DNA of 50,773 bases from Chromera velia (Eukaryota). The stretch spans positions 1 through 50,773 of the forward strand of contig JAHBMJ010000312.1 of the NCBI GenBank assembly GCA_018398765.1, read 5' to 3'. How positions within the stretch are numbered: the stretch's first letter is position 1; the number at the start of each line of letters is the position of its first letter. The notes beneath the pieces are model-generated. The model was not told the origin of the DNA and searched no databases. It was given only the letters and a program-made list of their open reading frames with translations. Made by a program: the position numbers and the translations under genes. Shown one piece after another: positions 11,561-29,209 of the stretch.

Positions 11561-12162
11561 ACATGGAGGACCAAGACGGAATGACGGCCGTGATGGTGGC
11601 CTCTGTGAACGGCCACACGGACATTGTGCGGCTGCTGGTCGATGCAAAGGCCAACGTGGACATGCTGAACAAACACGGAAACACAGCCCTGCTTGTGGCC
11701 TCTGACGAAGGCCACGCGGACATTGTGCGGCTGCTGGTCGATGCGAAGGCCAACGTGGACATGCAGGACAGAATATAGAGGAAGACAGCCCTACTTTGGG
11801 CCTCTGACAAAGGCCACACGGACATTGTGCGGCTGCTGGTGGATGCAAAGGCCAACGTGGACATGCAGGACAGAATATACAGAAAAACAGCCCTGCTTTG
11901 GGCCTCTGACAAAGGCCACACGGACATTGTGCGGCTGCTGGTCGATGCGAAGGCCAACGTGGACATGCAGGAGAAGCACGGAATGACAGCCCTGATGGGG
12001 GCCTCTGTCAACGGCCACACGGACATTGTGCGGCTGCTGGTGGATGCGAAGGCCAACGTGGACGTGAAGAACGACAACAGAAACACAGCCCTGCTTTGGG
12101 CCTCTGATAAAGGCCACACGGACATTGTGCGGCTGCTGACCGACGCAAAGGCCGGTGCTTAG
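11465..12162 (+). pseudogene. Disabled second ankyrin array (7 repeats) of the same gene
   Basis: Same nucleotide framework as the N-terminal array. A 13-bp deletion between GGCC direct repeats at ~11515 (TCTGTCAACGGCC lost) and TAC>TAG at 11776-11778 disable it. The original frame ends TAG at 12160-12162. Confidence 0.8.
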
Positions 12163-12329
12163 GGCCGGTGTTGCTCCAACCTTCCCCTAATTTCAGGTGA
12201 GCTGACCTGATAGAGATGCACTCTTGGATCGAGGCAGAATTTCAAAGCTAGATACAGCGAGTAGAGGGTCAAGCTGACAAGAGCTAAAAGCTGGTGTCTC
12301 AGACAAGAGGTGTTTGTGTACAGATCTTT

Positions 12330-13400
12330 AAAAAATTGCAAATTTTTAGTCTTCAGATCGGTCTATATACTAGGGTCTATATAGCTAACAGTTTATAGAC
12401 TCTGCGTATGGCGGCGGATGGTCAAACAAAAATTAATTTTCATTGACTTGGATTTATTAAATCACTCTAAAGTATAAAAACCAATCATGCACCTATACGG
12501 GTAATTTTTAAACAAAAAAACAAATAAAAAAAAATGTTCTCCAGACCCCTTTTTTTTTTTCACAACCATGATAGGGATGTAAAATTTACACCGTAAAAAC
12601 ACTGTTACACTAGGGAACCACACATTTCTTACATGAAAACAAAAACAAAAAAAACAAAAAAAAAGTGAAAATAACCAATTTTTTTTGTTTTTGTTTTTTT
12701 AATTACGTCTAGTCATGCACTGACTAGCATTCTATAGTATAGACTCGAATACAGTTCTGTGATTAAAATTACCTAAGTAGAAGTACCCCCGTAAGCTCAG
12801 GTCCTATCAAATACCCTAAGAAGTACCCACGAAAATTTAATGAGTTTGCAAGAAACCGCGCGTGGACGTCGGTGAAACCGGCCATTCTCAAGTTGAACGG
12901 ATGTGAACCAGTCAAATACTTAGTCCTAGACTTAGTCAAATACTATATGGGCGCCGGCCAGCGGAGTTGGTCAATGAAATTGAGCTCTCAATACTTCATA
13001 AACTAGTTTATAAACTAGTTCAATCCGAAGTTCATAAACTTTTGCGGGCTATGTACGACATACTCTAAGCTAGACTCCGAGTCCCTGCCAAGTTTCTAGA
13101 AGTTTTTCAGTACCGTTTAGTCTAGCGTTTAGTACTGTATACACACTTACTAGCTTGGGTACTATAAGCAATATTACTATAATATTATCCAGAGGCTCCA
13201 GAGCTGTATAGCTGAATTAAATATTTATAAAACTAGAATCAAAGTAGAAGTGTCTGTAAGAGTTTAGGCAACAACTTTGAATGTTTTTACAGAGTAGTAT
13301 CATAGTAGCTAGCATAGTACTAGGAAGATGAAGTTCGATGAAGTTCACTAGCTGGCTGCCAGGATTCAGTGACATTCACATGTCAACATTTGCATTGAAA
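12330..13400. other. AT/TpA-rich intergenic island, probably decayed repeats
   Basis: Sharp composition switch, no ORFs, many CTAG/TA and A/T tracts. No clear TIR/TSD resolved. Confidence 0.5.
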
Positions 13401-14430
13401 AAAGGGCGAAGGGGAGTCTTCCAGGCGTATTACTAAAAATTCACGCCCACAGTTGACTCTCCCTCGCCTGTACGCACTCGCATGCACTTTTGCTGAAAAT
13501 CCCTGACTGTCGATCTGCGCCTGCCAATCGAAACCTTTGAAATTGAAATACTCTCACGGACCTCTTTGGGCGCATACAGCAATCAAATGGCTTTCCCTCT
13601 TTGGTCGGAAAGCGGTAAACAGTGAAGTTGACAAAGGGCAGTAAGAAAGCACTTTGGTGAGCAGGGCAAACATCGAGTCGAAAGCGTCACTCACTAGGTC
13701 ACTCATTCCACTTAATGATTTGTCGGTCAGTCAGTTGGTCAGAAGCGAACGAATGCTCACAATCCCACCATTCGAGCTCCTACACTTGGTCTGACAAGAT
13801 TCTTCGCTTTCTTTTTCTTCCAGAACAGTCTTTCCTTTTCGCTTTCACTTCCCACAAACCGTAACAGAAATCGACAACTCGTTTGCTGAAGAAATGAATC
13901 ACAACAAGCAAGGGTGCAACCCACTCCTCACCCCTTAAACCGAGAGACGAGACAGACAGAAAGACAGACAGATGAACCGCACGCCACCCAAAGTCGGTCT
14001 AGGTCCCCCCGACCAACCACAGAAAGGAAGGAAGAAAGCGTAAAGAAAACCACAGATAGAACACAGAAAGAAAAACATACGACAATCTGCGTGCTGATTG
14101 ACTAGACACAGGCAGAAAGAAAGACGCCCCCCCTCAGACCTGCCGTGTCTGATTTCTAATGCTTGTTCTTCTGGTCATGAAACCGCCCGTAAGAGGTCCT
14201 CTCCGGCTGCTTCTGTTTCCCCTCCTCGTTCATTTCTCGTCGTTTTCTCCAGCCCTCCTTCGTCGTCTCATTCCTTTGCTCCCTTCCCCCCTCTTCCCGT
14301 TTCTCCTGCTATTTCTCTTTTGATAATCGAGAATTTGTGGAGAGGTGTCAGTCAACACCCAAACCTTCCTCCATTTTCTTCTTTTCAACTCAGTTTTCCT
14401 GTTTTCTCCTCCCCTGAGTTTTTCATCCAT

Positions 14431-17400
14431 TCAGTATGCTTCCCACCCTTTCTCCTTGAGCACCTCCACCTTCTTCAGCACAGTCTGTTCCGACTCCTTC
14501 TGGAACTTCTCGACGTTCGCTGCGACTCTCGGAAGGAAGGCGCTGACAATTCTGCACAGCAAAAAAAAAAACCAAAAAAAAAAAACGAATCACTGAATCA
14601 TTGGAATGCGAGTCTAGCAAAGACCAATAACAATCCACGGGCCCCGAGGAACGAACTTGTTCTTCTGGTGAACAATCATCGAGAAGGGACCGAACGCCAT
14701 TTCTTTTTTTTATTCCACTTCGTTCTCGAAATACAGGCTCTACCCCACAAGCAAGGCGCCGAAAAGAAAGCCAAAAGAAAAAGGAAACCAGCAAGCCTGC
14801 AACAATACAGAGAGAAGACAAAGGCGGCTTGCGAACCAAAGTGCTTTTCCCGTGTCCTCTGCTGACCGTGCTGCCAAGAGTGCGGCGTTTGCAGAGTTGT
14901 CAATGGCAACAGTGGCGACGGGGATTCCTTTGGGCATCTGCACAATCGAATGGAGGGAGTCGACGCCGTCCAGAAACTTCAACGCGATCGGGACGCCAAT
15001 CACAGGAAGAGACGTGAGAGATGCCGTCATGCCAGGCAGGTGCGCTGCTCCCCCTGCCGCAGCGATGATCACTTTCAGTCCCCTGCCTGCTGCGGCCTCT
15101 GCGTACTCGACCATCCTGTGGGGGGTCCGGTGGGCAGACACGACGGTGACTTCGAAGGGCACTTGGAGGTCTCTCAGCATCTCGCAGGCAGGCTTCATCT
15201 TCGGCAGGTCTGAATCTGCAGACGTGAAGGGCAGGCGGGAGGGTGAGAAGAGAGATATTCATTCAGACACATAAACACGCACAAGGTGATACAGATAAAA
15301 GTTCGGAGAGACTTTCACCTGCAAGAAGAGAGAGCGACGGAGACACACACGCGCCTGTGCATGCGAACAAACACACCACACATGCACATGCAAACACATG
15401 CACGCACGCACCCACACAGATAGAGGGAGCTGGCTTTTCTTCCGTCTCCACTATTTTTGGTTCACCATGAGATTCTCCACAAAAGCATTAAAAACGAAGG
15501 CGAGGCAGGCAGCCAGCCACGGTAGGCAAGCAGAGAGAGAAGCAGACAGACAGATGGGTACCCATGCACACAGAACAAGAACAAAGTCTTGCAGCACTCA
15601 CTAACTGACCAGATCCCATGATGATCCCCACCAGAGGTTGCACGGTCCCCTCTTCAATCGCAGTGAGAGCGGCAACCATGGGGGGTGTGCAGATGCCCTC
15701 GGGGACAGGGGGGAATCCGGGGAGTGCAAGCTCTCCGATGGCTCCCAGAAGTGTGCGTGTGCGAGCAAGGACGTCTCCCATGTCGCTTCCAACCAGAGTC
15801 ACATGACCCATTTTCCTCCCCGGTTTTGTCTCCGCCTTTCCGTACCAGTGTGCGTAAGCACCTGCACACGCAAATAGTTTCACATGAATACATGTTCATG
15901 AATGTTGTTTTGTCCGTTTTTCGGCACAGAACGACAGTCAGAGGACAGTCAGCCGCACGGCACAGCTACCACGAGGATATCAACGAGTACCAAAAGAGAG
16001 TAAGTTAGAGAAAGACCCGATTTGGCTCAGGGGCTGCACAAGATCCAGAAAGGCCGAGGGAGAGGGTGAATTCGACAAATGATTTGCCTGACTGACTTCC
16101 CTGACTGACTGACTGACTGACTGACTTGCCTGACTGACTGACCAGGAAGTTCGAGTGCTTTCAAGATCGGTGCCCGTGCGAGTTCAAATCCCTTCTCCCC
16201 CACGTCCCTGCCAAGGACGTTCACCATCACAGCAGCGCCCCCGGCTCCCTTGAAGGCCGTGCTGCCGAGAGGGAGACCGCTCACTGCCCTCATGTGCTGT
16301 TCAAATTGGGAACACTCACACGCCTCGATTGTGTAGTGACCAGAGTTGTGAGGTCGGGGGGCGATCTCGTTCAAAAGGACAGACCCTGAATGCAATAAAG
16401 TTAAAGTGAAGAAAATCAGGGAAAGTGAAAGGACGCAAACAGTCCATTTGTCGACACTGATTTATGGACGTCTTGTTGCCTTAGGCGGTTGTCTCACAAG
16501 AGCAGAACCCAGGACACGAAGCACATGACACGGAGAAGGAGAAATTGATGTTTGGTAGAGAGAAAAAAGAGAATGGCCACGCACATGGTGCCGCAGTCGG
16601 TTGGAGGGAAACGGGAGAAAACAAAACGCGTCAGCAGAAACACGGCAGAAAAAAGCCGCTCCGAGCGACACCTTTCGATTTTTCTCACGACGCCCATCAA
16701 CACACCCACTCCCTCACAACAGCCCGCACTGACCGTCCTTCAGAAGGAACATCTCCACCCCGAAGACACCCGCTCCACTCAAATGAGATACCGCGTCCTC
16801 TGCCACCCGTCTGGCCTTCTCTCGCACCTCCGCTGGCACCAATGCAGGCGCAATCACCAACCGCACCACGTGGTTGGCGTGGATGGTCTCGACACAGGGG
16901 TATGAGACGACCTGCAATCAACCGTTCAAACAAGATACACCCCCAAACACAAAAGCAAGAGCATGACCCCATTCCACCCCCGCCAGCAAAGGTGTCCTTC
17001 CAGCTGCACGCCTTGCTTCCGTCTCCTTCTCGAAAAGCCTTCCACCATACCACACTCCCTCTTCATTCATGTCTCCCCTTCAACATTTTGCTGTCTCTAT
17101 GTGGCAATCCATGTTCGTGTGCCGCCTCTCTGCCAGAGAAACACGCGCACCGCACCCACTCCAGGCACTCACCTTTCCGTCCAGACTCCTTGCCACCATG
17201 ACTGCAAGTTCCTTCACAAAGGGACAGAATTTCTCCACATAAACCTGACTGCCCCTCCCCCCAGTCAGCTTCTCGAAGGCCGAAGGGACGTCCTCAGCCG
17301 ACCGTACCAATGCGTTTCCATACCCGTCGTATGCGTTCTTCTTTGCCTTGAGGAGCAGCGGATATCCGAACGTCTTTGCAGCCTCCGTGACTGCCGCCTG

Positions 17401-18068
17401 ATCTGGAGCGTCACAAAACTCTGCACACTGCGACAATTCATTCAGACAGGAGAAGAATAATGACATGTCTGTACAACTCAAAGGCCAAAGAGGAGACGGG
17501 GAAGGAGCACAAGAGGAAGAGAAAGGAGACGGCGAGACGGGATATTGGAGAAACGTCCGTTTCACCATGTTCTCGTTAAGTTTGTCTCAAAAAACAACGT
17601 TCAAAGTTGTAAGAACAGCCAAGGAAAGAAAGGGGGACTGCATGTGAATGGGAAAACACGACAAAAGAAGGAGAGACGGACCGGAAGACCGCTGTCCCTG
17701 TAGAAGCAGTGCTGGAGATATTTGTCCTGAATGGTGCGGATTGTGGACACACTCGGCTGGACGTGCTTGCCGGACTTCTTCTCTGCCTCCTCCATAGCGT
17801 CACAGTTCACGTGTTCGATTTCAATCGTCAGCACATCTACCTTCTCAGCGAAACGAGCGATGTCGCTAGCATCTTTGAAGTTTCCTACGACGAACTGTTC
17901 GCTTGGAAGCGCAGCGGCACATGGAGCATTATTTGCATCTAGGGAAAAGATCTTGACATCCAGAGGGTACACACCCTCAATTACCATACGACCCAACTGT
18001 CCTCCTCCGAGGATCCCCACCTTCTTCTTCATCCCCTTCTCATACTCCTGATACTTGGAAGAACTCAT
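14431..18068 (-). CDS. ADE2: Bifunctional phosphoribosylaminoimidazole carboxylase PurK-PurE (exons 18068-17682, 17427-17173, 16911-16734, 16385-16143, 15861-15610, 15215-14867, 14551-14431)
   Basis: PurK motifs [40 protein letters not shown] and [14 protein letters not shown]. PurE motifs [27 protein letters not shown] and [12 protein letters not shown]. All introns GT-AG and in phase. Confidence 0.96.
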
Positions 18069-18603
18069 CTTTCTGCGTCGACGTCACAGAGACGCGAAGA
18101 GAGGCGGAAATTTGTGGAAGATGCTTGTACCGGAGACAACCTGCTCTGAGCCAACACAAGTGTGCTTGCGTTTTGTACGGAAGATCCTCGAATGTGGAGA
18201 TTTCATGAAAAAAAGAGGGTCGAGTTGAGAACATTCCATCAGTCCGACGACCTCTCTCCAACAATCCATGCAGTCAAGTCCTTCGTCCGGCCATTTTTTC
18301 GGGCACAAACGCGCACGCATTTTGCATGTAAATCGGCTCGTGCTCGGAATGGCTCATGCAGGTGATCCGTCATACAAACCCTGCTTGGCTGCTTCCGCTT
18401 TGTGTTGGTTCTCCTGCATGGGGTTCTTTTGAATCCTGATCTGTGCACTCGGCAGAGGCAGTGCAGAGTATGTAGTCACTTCGAACAGAAGCAGGACAGG
18501 AGTGATTTCAATCCGGACCTTGAACGCTTTTCCGCAAACCTTCTCACACGCCTTATTTCGATATTAATAGTCGAACCTGTCTTCCAATCCTTGATCGTTG
18601 ATC

Positions 18604-20780
18604 ATGGCGACTCCTGAGGAGTACGCTCAGAGTCTGAACAGGCTCTATTTCCAATCCCAGCCCAGTGCAGAGGACAGGTACGTCAGAAAGTTTCTTCAGC
18701 ATCTCTTTAGTCTCTGCCAACAGGTTGATCATCTTTGCGCTGCGTTTGGTTTCTGCAGGAATCACTGGAAGTTGAGGTTAATGAATCCGGCAACCAGAAT
18801 CGAAAGGTGAGGTGCAGATGATAACTCGTCCTCCGCCCTTCGTCCTCTTCGGCTTTGTTCTCACAAGCCATCATGAACTTCATTTCCTCCCTGTCAATCT
18901 CTGCAGACCCCCGCAGAGTCCTGTTCGTGTTGCTTACACCGAGAAGGTTCTCTCTGTGAAGGAAGCGAGAAAGGTCAGGCAATCTGTTCCACAAGATTCG
19001 GCTTCGCTCTGCCAGCACTTTTTCTGTCAGCAAGCCTGTTGTGGGACTTCACGCGAGTCAGACACATGTCCTGAAAATGCACACACACCTCGAAGCAAAA
19101 GTGCACACTTGCATATCTTCACGGGAATGTCAAAAGTATGCAAAGCAGTGACAGCACCTGTTTGCGCCTATCTTTCTGTGGCAGTGCGTTCATAGTTGTG
19201 CTGTGTCTCTGGCCTTCTTGGCTTGTGTGGAGACGTTTCGTAGGATTCAGCAATCGACATGGACTGACGGAACCTCATCTCTGTGCCTGTGTTTGTGTGG
19301 GTCTGTTGTCGCTGTGCAGATCTTTGACCGACCAGACAGTGCCCTTCCGGAAACCTTCTCACCCTCTGCACGTGATCAACGTGCACGAACAGCAGCTGAT
19401 GCTGCCATGGTGCTTGCTCTCTCCTCCTCTTCCGCTCCCTTCGGCCTCTCTTCTTCCTCTTCCTCTGCAGTGCCGACTGCAGTCCCCTCCTCATCACACT
19501 CTCCGAGGGACAGGGGGGTCTCGAGACTGGAACCGGCCGCTGCTGCAGTGGAGAGACGTGGAGTCAAACAGACAGCCTCTATCAGAGAAGGAGGAGAGAA
19601 GGGAGATAGATCGCAGCATGAGCCTGTTTTGAAGCGGAGTATGTCTTGTCTGTGTCTTCTTGAGGTGCCTTCTCAGTCTTCTGGTCACATCCGAAGACCA
19701 CAGGCTGCAGTGAGCACAGCAGTCTGCCTTCTCAGAGCAGCACACAGAGACCTGTCTCCGTCACAAGAGAGCAAAACCGCCGAGCCGCTTGGGTCCTCTC
19801 AGTCCCTCCGGAGATCCTTTTCCTCCCCCCTTCCCGTCTCCGTCAATACAGACGCAGCAGAGGGAATTGCCGTCTCCAATCATGCGACGGTGACCTCTCC
19901 TGCTGGGGCAGTGGATGCCCCCTCCTCTTCTGAGATGCCTCGTGTGATACTACCCGAGTTGACAGAAAGGACAGAAAAGGATGGGGGTTGGGATCAACCT
20001 ATGAAGGAGAACGTCGTTGGAGACAGCAGGGAGAGAGAGGAAGATCAGGAAACCCAAAGGGAACAAGGGGGAGAGGAGGAAGGGGAAGGAGACTCTCCTT
20101 CAAATGACTCAGAGGGGGATTCTGACGGCCCGCCGACCCCCTTTCAGTCTGCGCCCCTTCCGAACAGTTCCGTCTTGGCCGACTTCTCTGCCGACTATTT
20201 GAACAAACAGCGGAAGACCCCTGTTGCCTCCCGAGGATACTTTTTTTCCGGAGGGGTTCCGGTCTTTGCAAGGGGGGCAGACGTTCTTCTGGGGACATCT
20301 GCTACTGTAATCACAGCGCCCCCTTCTCAAGTCCGCATAGAAGAGGAATACATCAAACCGCCTAGAGAGGGGGACAGGCACAACGTGCCCCTACCTGCGT
20401 GGCTGAGGAGAACGCCGTCTCTCGAGGAGGCTATTGAGCGGGCACAGGCTGCAGGAGCGACGCTGGCAGGAGCGACGCTGGCTCTTGATGAAGACTCAGA
20501 CTCGGACATGGACTCTGTGGATGGGGACAGAGAGAGGGAGAGGGAGATGGAAGAGACGCGATCTGATCCTTCGGGAGAGAGGATGGAGGTTTGTCAGAGA
20601 GGAGAGACGACAGGGGAGAAGAGGGCTCGGATGGCAAATCGGGGGTGGTTAGAGAGAGTAGGCACGAGTCTGATGCAGGGAAAACTTGATTTGGGATTGG
20701 GTGGAGACAGGAAAGGAAGGCGATCCCCCCCTCCTCCTGGCAGAGGGGTAAGGGGAGCAGGGGGAGGTGCGACTGGATGA
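18604..20780 (+). CDS. Hypothetical, largely low-complexity/acidic protein (exons 18604-18677, 18759-18806, 18907-18973, 19320-20780)
   Basis: Phase-consistent GT-AG model beginning MATPEEYAQSLNRLYFQSQPSAEDR, with a long final exon within the 525-aa ORF. No recognisable domain. Confidence 0.6.
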
Positions 20781-21991
20781 AGAATCAAGTCGAGGTGGAT
20801 TTGACTGGAATTTGTGTATCTCCATTTCTTTTTTCGGGACAATCGATTAAGAGAAAAAGAGAGAGACATGACGATCTACTGTGAAGTTTTGGACCCCTCC
20901 GTTGCGTGGTGTCGGTCTGTGACACTTTCTCTAACTTTGAGTGCATGCCTGACTGTGTTGACGGAGCGAGCGTACATGTATCTGTGGACTGGTTGGGTTG
21001 TGCATCCCTCTCGGCAAGTCAAAGGAGTTTGTTCTTTTTTTCAACCGGAAGTGTCTTTGTTTTTTTGCGAGTCCCATCCTGAACTTTTGTATGTGACTGA
21101 CTGGTCACCGAAAGAAGCCGCCAAAAGAAAGAGCTGTAAGGATGGCTCGATCGATGGGAGTTGGAAGAGATGGTGGCTTTGTGTTGCTGGCGCCAATGGA
21201 AGGAAGCAGAAGCTCACACCATAGATGAAGCATGTTCAGTGTAACATGCGGTGTTCGTCGCTCTCTTCTCCAGCTTTCGAAAGCATTGTTTCTGCGTTGT
21301 GTTCTGTGCGTGATGTACAGAGAATCTGGTTTATCATGGCAGCGTATGTAGTTACACTGTTTGATTTCTCGGGAAAGGAAGCTTGTCCATAATCTTGTGC
21401 AATCCCACAGGGCTTTTCTTATCTGCTTCATGTCTCTTTCGTGGATTGTGTGTCTGTCTGCCCGATCTGCGTACCGACGTACAGTCTGGATTTGGTTTCG
21501 TGTTTCTGCGTGAGTTCCGACTGCTACGTCGAAATGTTCCCTATGAAATTCTTGAAAATCTTTGGGGAAAATATTAAAAATTCATATTTTTAAAATGTTT
21601 TGATCACATTTTTAAAAAATATTAAGCATTTATTTTTTAAAAAGTATAAAGAATTAGAGCTTCATATTGAAAATACTAAGACTTCACGCAGCCCTAAAGC
21701 ATCCCTACCAGTATGAACACTCAATATAAAATAGTTTTCGAAAAAAAACAAAATTAATATTTGCATTGAAAAAATATTAAATAGAAAAAAAAATCTTAAA
21801 ATGTTAAAAATAAATATGTTTACTCACATTTTTGTAATATTTTCACATATGCAGAAGAGAAACGATTCCATAATTTTGATCATAAGTAAGGTTGACCTTC
21901 GTTGAAAAAATGGCTTTGAATTCGAAAGTTAAAACGGATTTGAAGGAGACAGATTTTTTTTCAATCCATGCATGCGTCACGCTTTTTTTTT

Positions 21992-22493
21992 TATCCTTTG
22001 CCGGGGTCTTGGCCCGAACTACCATGGTAGTGGTAGGGGCCCTTGGGCCCCTAAGTTACTGCCCCATTGTGAGGGGTTACTAGGAAGTCTGGGCTTGTGG
22101 GGCACTTAACTAGAAGTAGCATCGCTTAGCTCGGGCTAGGCTTGCGTAAGAACGGCATAGCTCGCGGGCGCACACGTATAATGACTGATCGATATGTGAG
22201 CATGCGCAGTGATACAATCAGTAGATCAAACACAAGAGTGGGTCTGATTCTAAGAGTCATCGCATAAGGCTTGACTGCCAGACTTACCGACTTCTCCCTC
22301 GGAACTATGTAGACTTTGACAAGGTATACAGTAGCGCTAGAGTACTCTCTTCTAGAAGCTACTGTTACTTATAAACCCCGTACGCCTCTTACACCCATGG
22401 TTACCAAAGTGACGGTAACTCGCCGCCCCCCCAAAGGGCCTGGTAGTAACCCCTAACCGTACTGTGTACATAGACCCTAATCCTAATCCTAAA
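21992..22493. mobile_element. ~500-bp inserted element with hairpins at one end and a telomere-like tract at the other
   Basis: GC-richer block in an AT island, flanked by CTTTTTTTTT (21982-21991, 22494-22503). Palindrome ACTACCATGGTAGT (22018-22031), hairpin TAGGGGCCC-TT-GGGCCCCTA (22034-22053) and CCCTAATCCTAATCCTAAA (22475-22493). Confidence 0.4.
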
Positions 22494-23342
22494 CTTTTTT
22501 TTTGTATATACTTTTATAGCTAGAGAAGTACATTGCATGACAGTAGGCTTGTCACAGTTAATTTTTAAAGATGAATTTGAATCTACTGATTTGAATACAA
22601 AAATTCAAGTTTTAAGTAGAGTGCCTATTAAAGTTTGTTGCAGCGGCATGTAAGTTGATATTGTACTACTATGCGTATAGCTAGCGCTATTGAAGAACAC
22701 TACTGCATTGCAGTCTGAAACGGTCTCAAACTGAGTCTCAAAGGTAGAAAGAGGAAGACAAATGCAGCATGCATGCACCACGTTTGTGTGTAATAAGAAT
22801 ACAACTGGTGGCTGTGCGTCTGATACTGCGTCACATACAGTTTGATTACATGCAGAAGGCGTGAATACTAAAAGCGCATCAACTGCAGGACGGACTACCG
22901 TGTGCGCATGGCCCCACTGGCCTGATCCACTAACTGGAACGTTACTCTATGCGAGACCAGTACTGCCCCACTACGCCACTGAACGTACTTCATGCGACCT
23001 GCACAGACCTTCATCGGGCTTCGATCTGTCTACATGTCCCCTGATGCCACCAAGGGTCTTCCTTTCTTCTCCAAACAAACAACTGAGCCCACCTGAAGGA
23101 ACCAGACAGGCCGTCTGTACGCACGTCTGGCACTTCATTCACTCACTCATTCACTCATGTGATCATTCATTCAGACAGTCGCGAACTCCTCCCCATTTTT
23201 TCTGTCGTTGGCGGGCTTTCTCTTCAAACACTCAAACGCTCAGTGACAGACTCCACCTTACTCCCCCTCACACACAGGACAATGCAATTAAAAGAAAGGA
23301 AGGGAAAGATGGACTCCGCCACGCCACACGCGGATCGATCGA

Positions 23343-28504
<5,162 letters not shown>

Positions 28505-29209
28505 CGTGCCCACTGCTTCCCGGATGGAAAACAGAATGCCTGCCACACCCCGAGAGATTCAACTTGTCTACGTATCTACTTCTTGACCCATCCACGGAGA
28601 AGAGAAGACCTGCAGAGTGGGCACCTTCCCTCTTAAAGCTTAGAGACGGCATCGCAGATCTTCGGGGCTAGTTGGACTATGCTGGACTGGACCATCTTGC
28701 AGCGAAGCGCACCACAGAATCTCCGAACTTAGTGAGATATTTTTTGACTCTGTATTCTTCATTTTTACAAAAATATTTTGAAAAATGATAAATCGGATAC
28801 TATAAGGCCGCTCTGTATGACAAATTTAAACTAATTATTTTAATTTTATTCGAAAATAAAAATTCAAATACAGATATATATATACTGTAAGCCCTCATAA
28901 TTTTTGCGACTTGCGTGCTTGCCTGCCTGCTGCACGTCTTCTTCGCGTCTTAGATCAATGTCGAGGAGACCTGAGAAGCCCCTTTTGGACGACAAAGACA
29001 AGTAAGCAAACACTGTCAGCACAAGGAAAGAAGTGGTGCACTTCTGAACGGATTTGGCACAGAGGCCGTGCGTCCCTGCATCCGAGATCCCATCCGACTG
29101 CTGCCCTGCATGGCATCGCGCCTGCGGCCGTCTTGAAGGTCTTACTTCTTCTCTCTTTTTCCATTTTCTCCCTTCTCTGCGGGAATCCAGGGAACCAATT
29201 CTTGTCCCC

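Noticed and set aside
8785..12125. Antisense ORFs with repeated MSTLAFASTSSRT
   Set aside because: Shadows of the ankyrin repeats.
12436..12982. Short inverted match AATTTTCATTGAC / GTCAATGAAATT as TIRs
   Set aside because: Too short and AT-rich, and no TSD.
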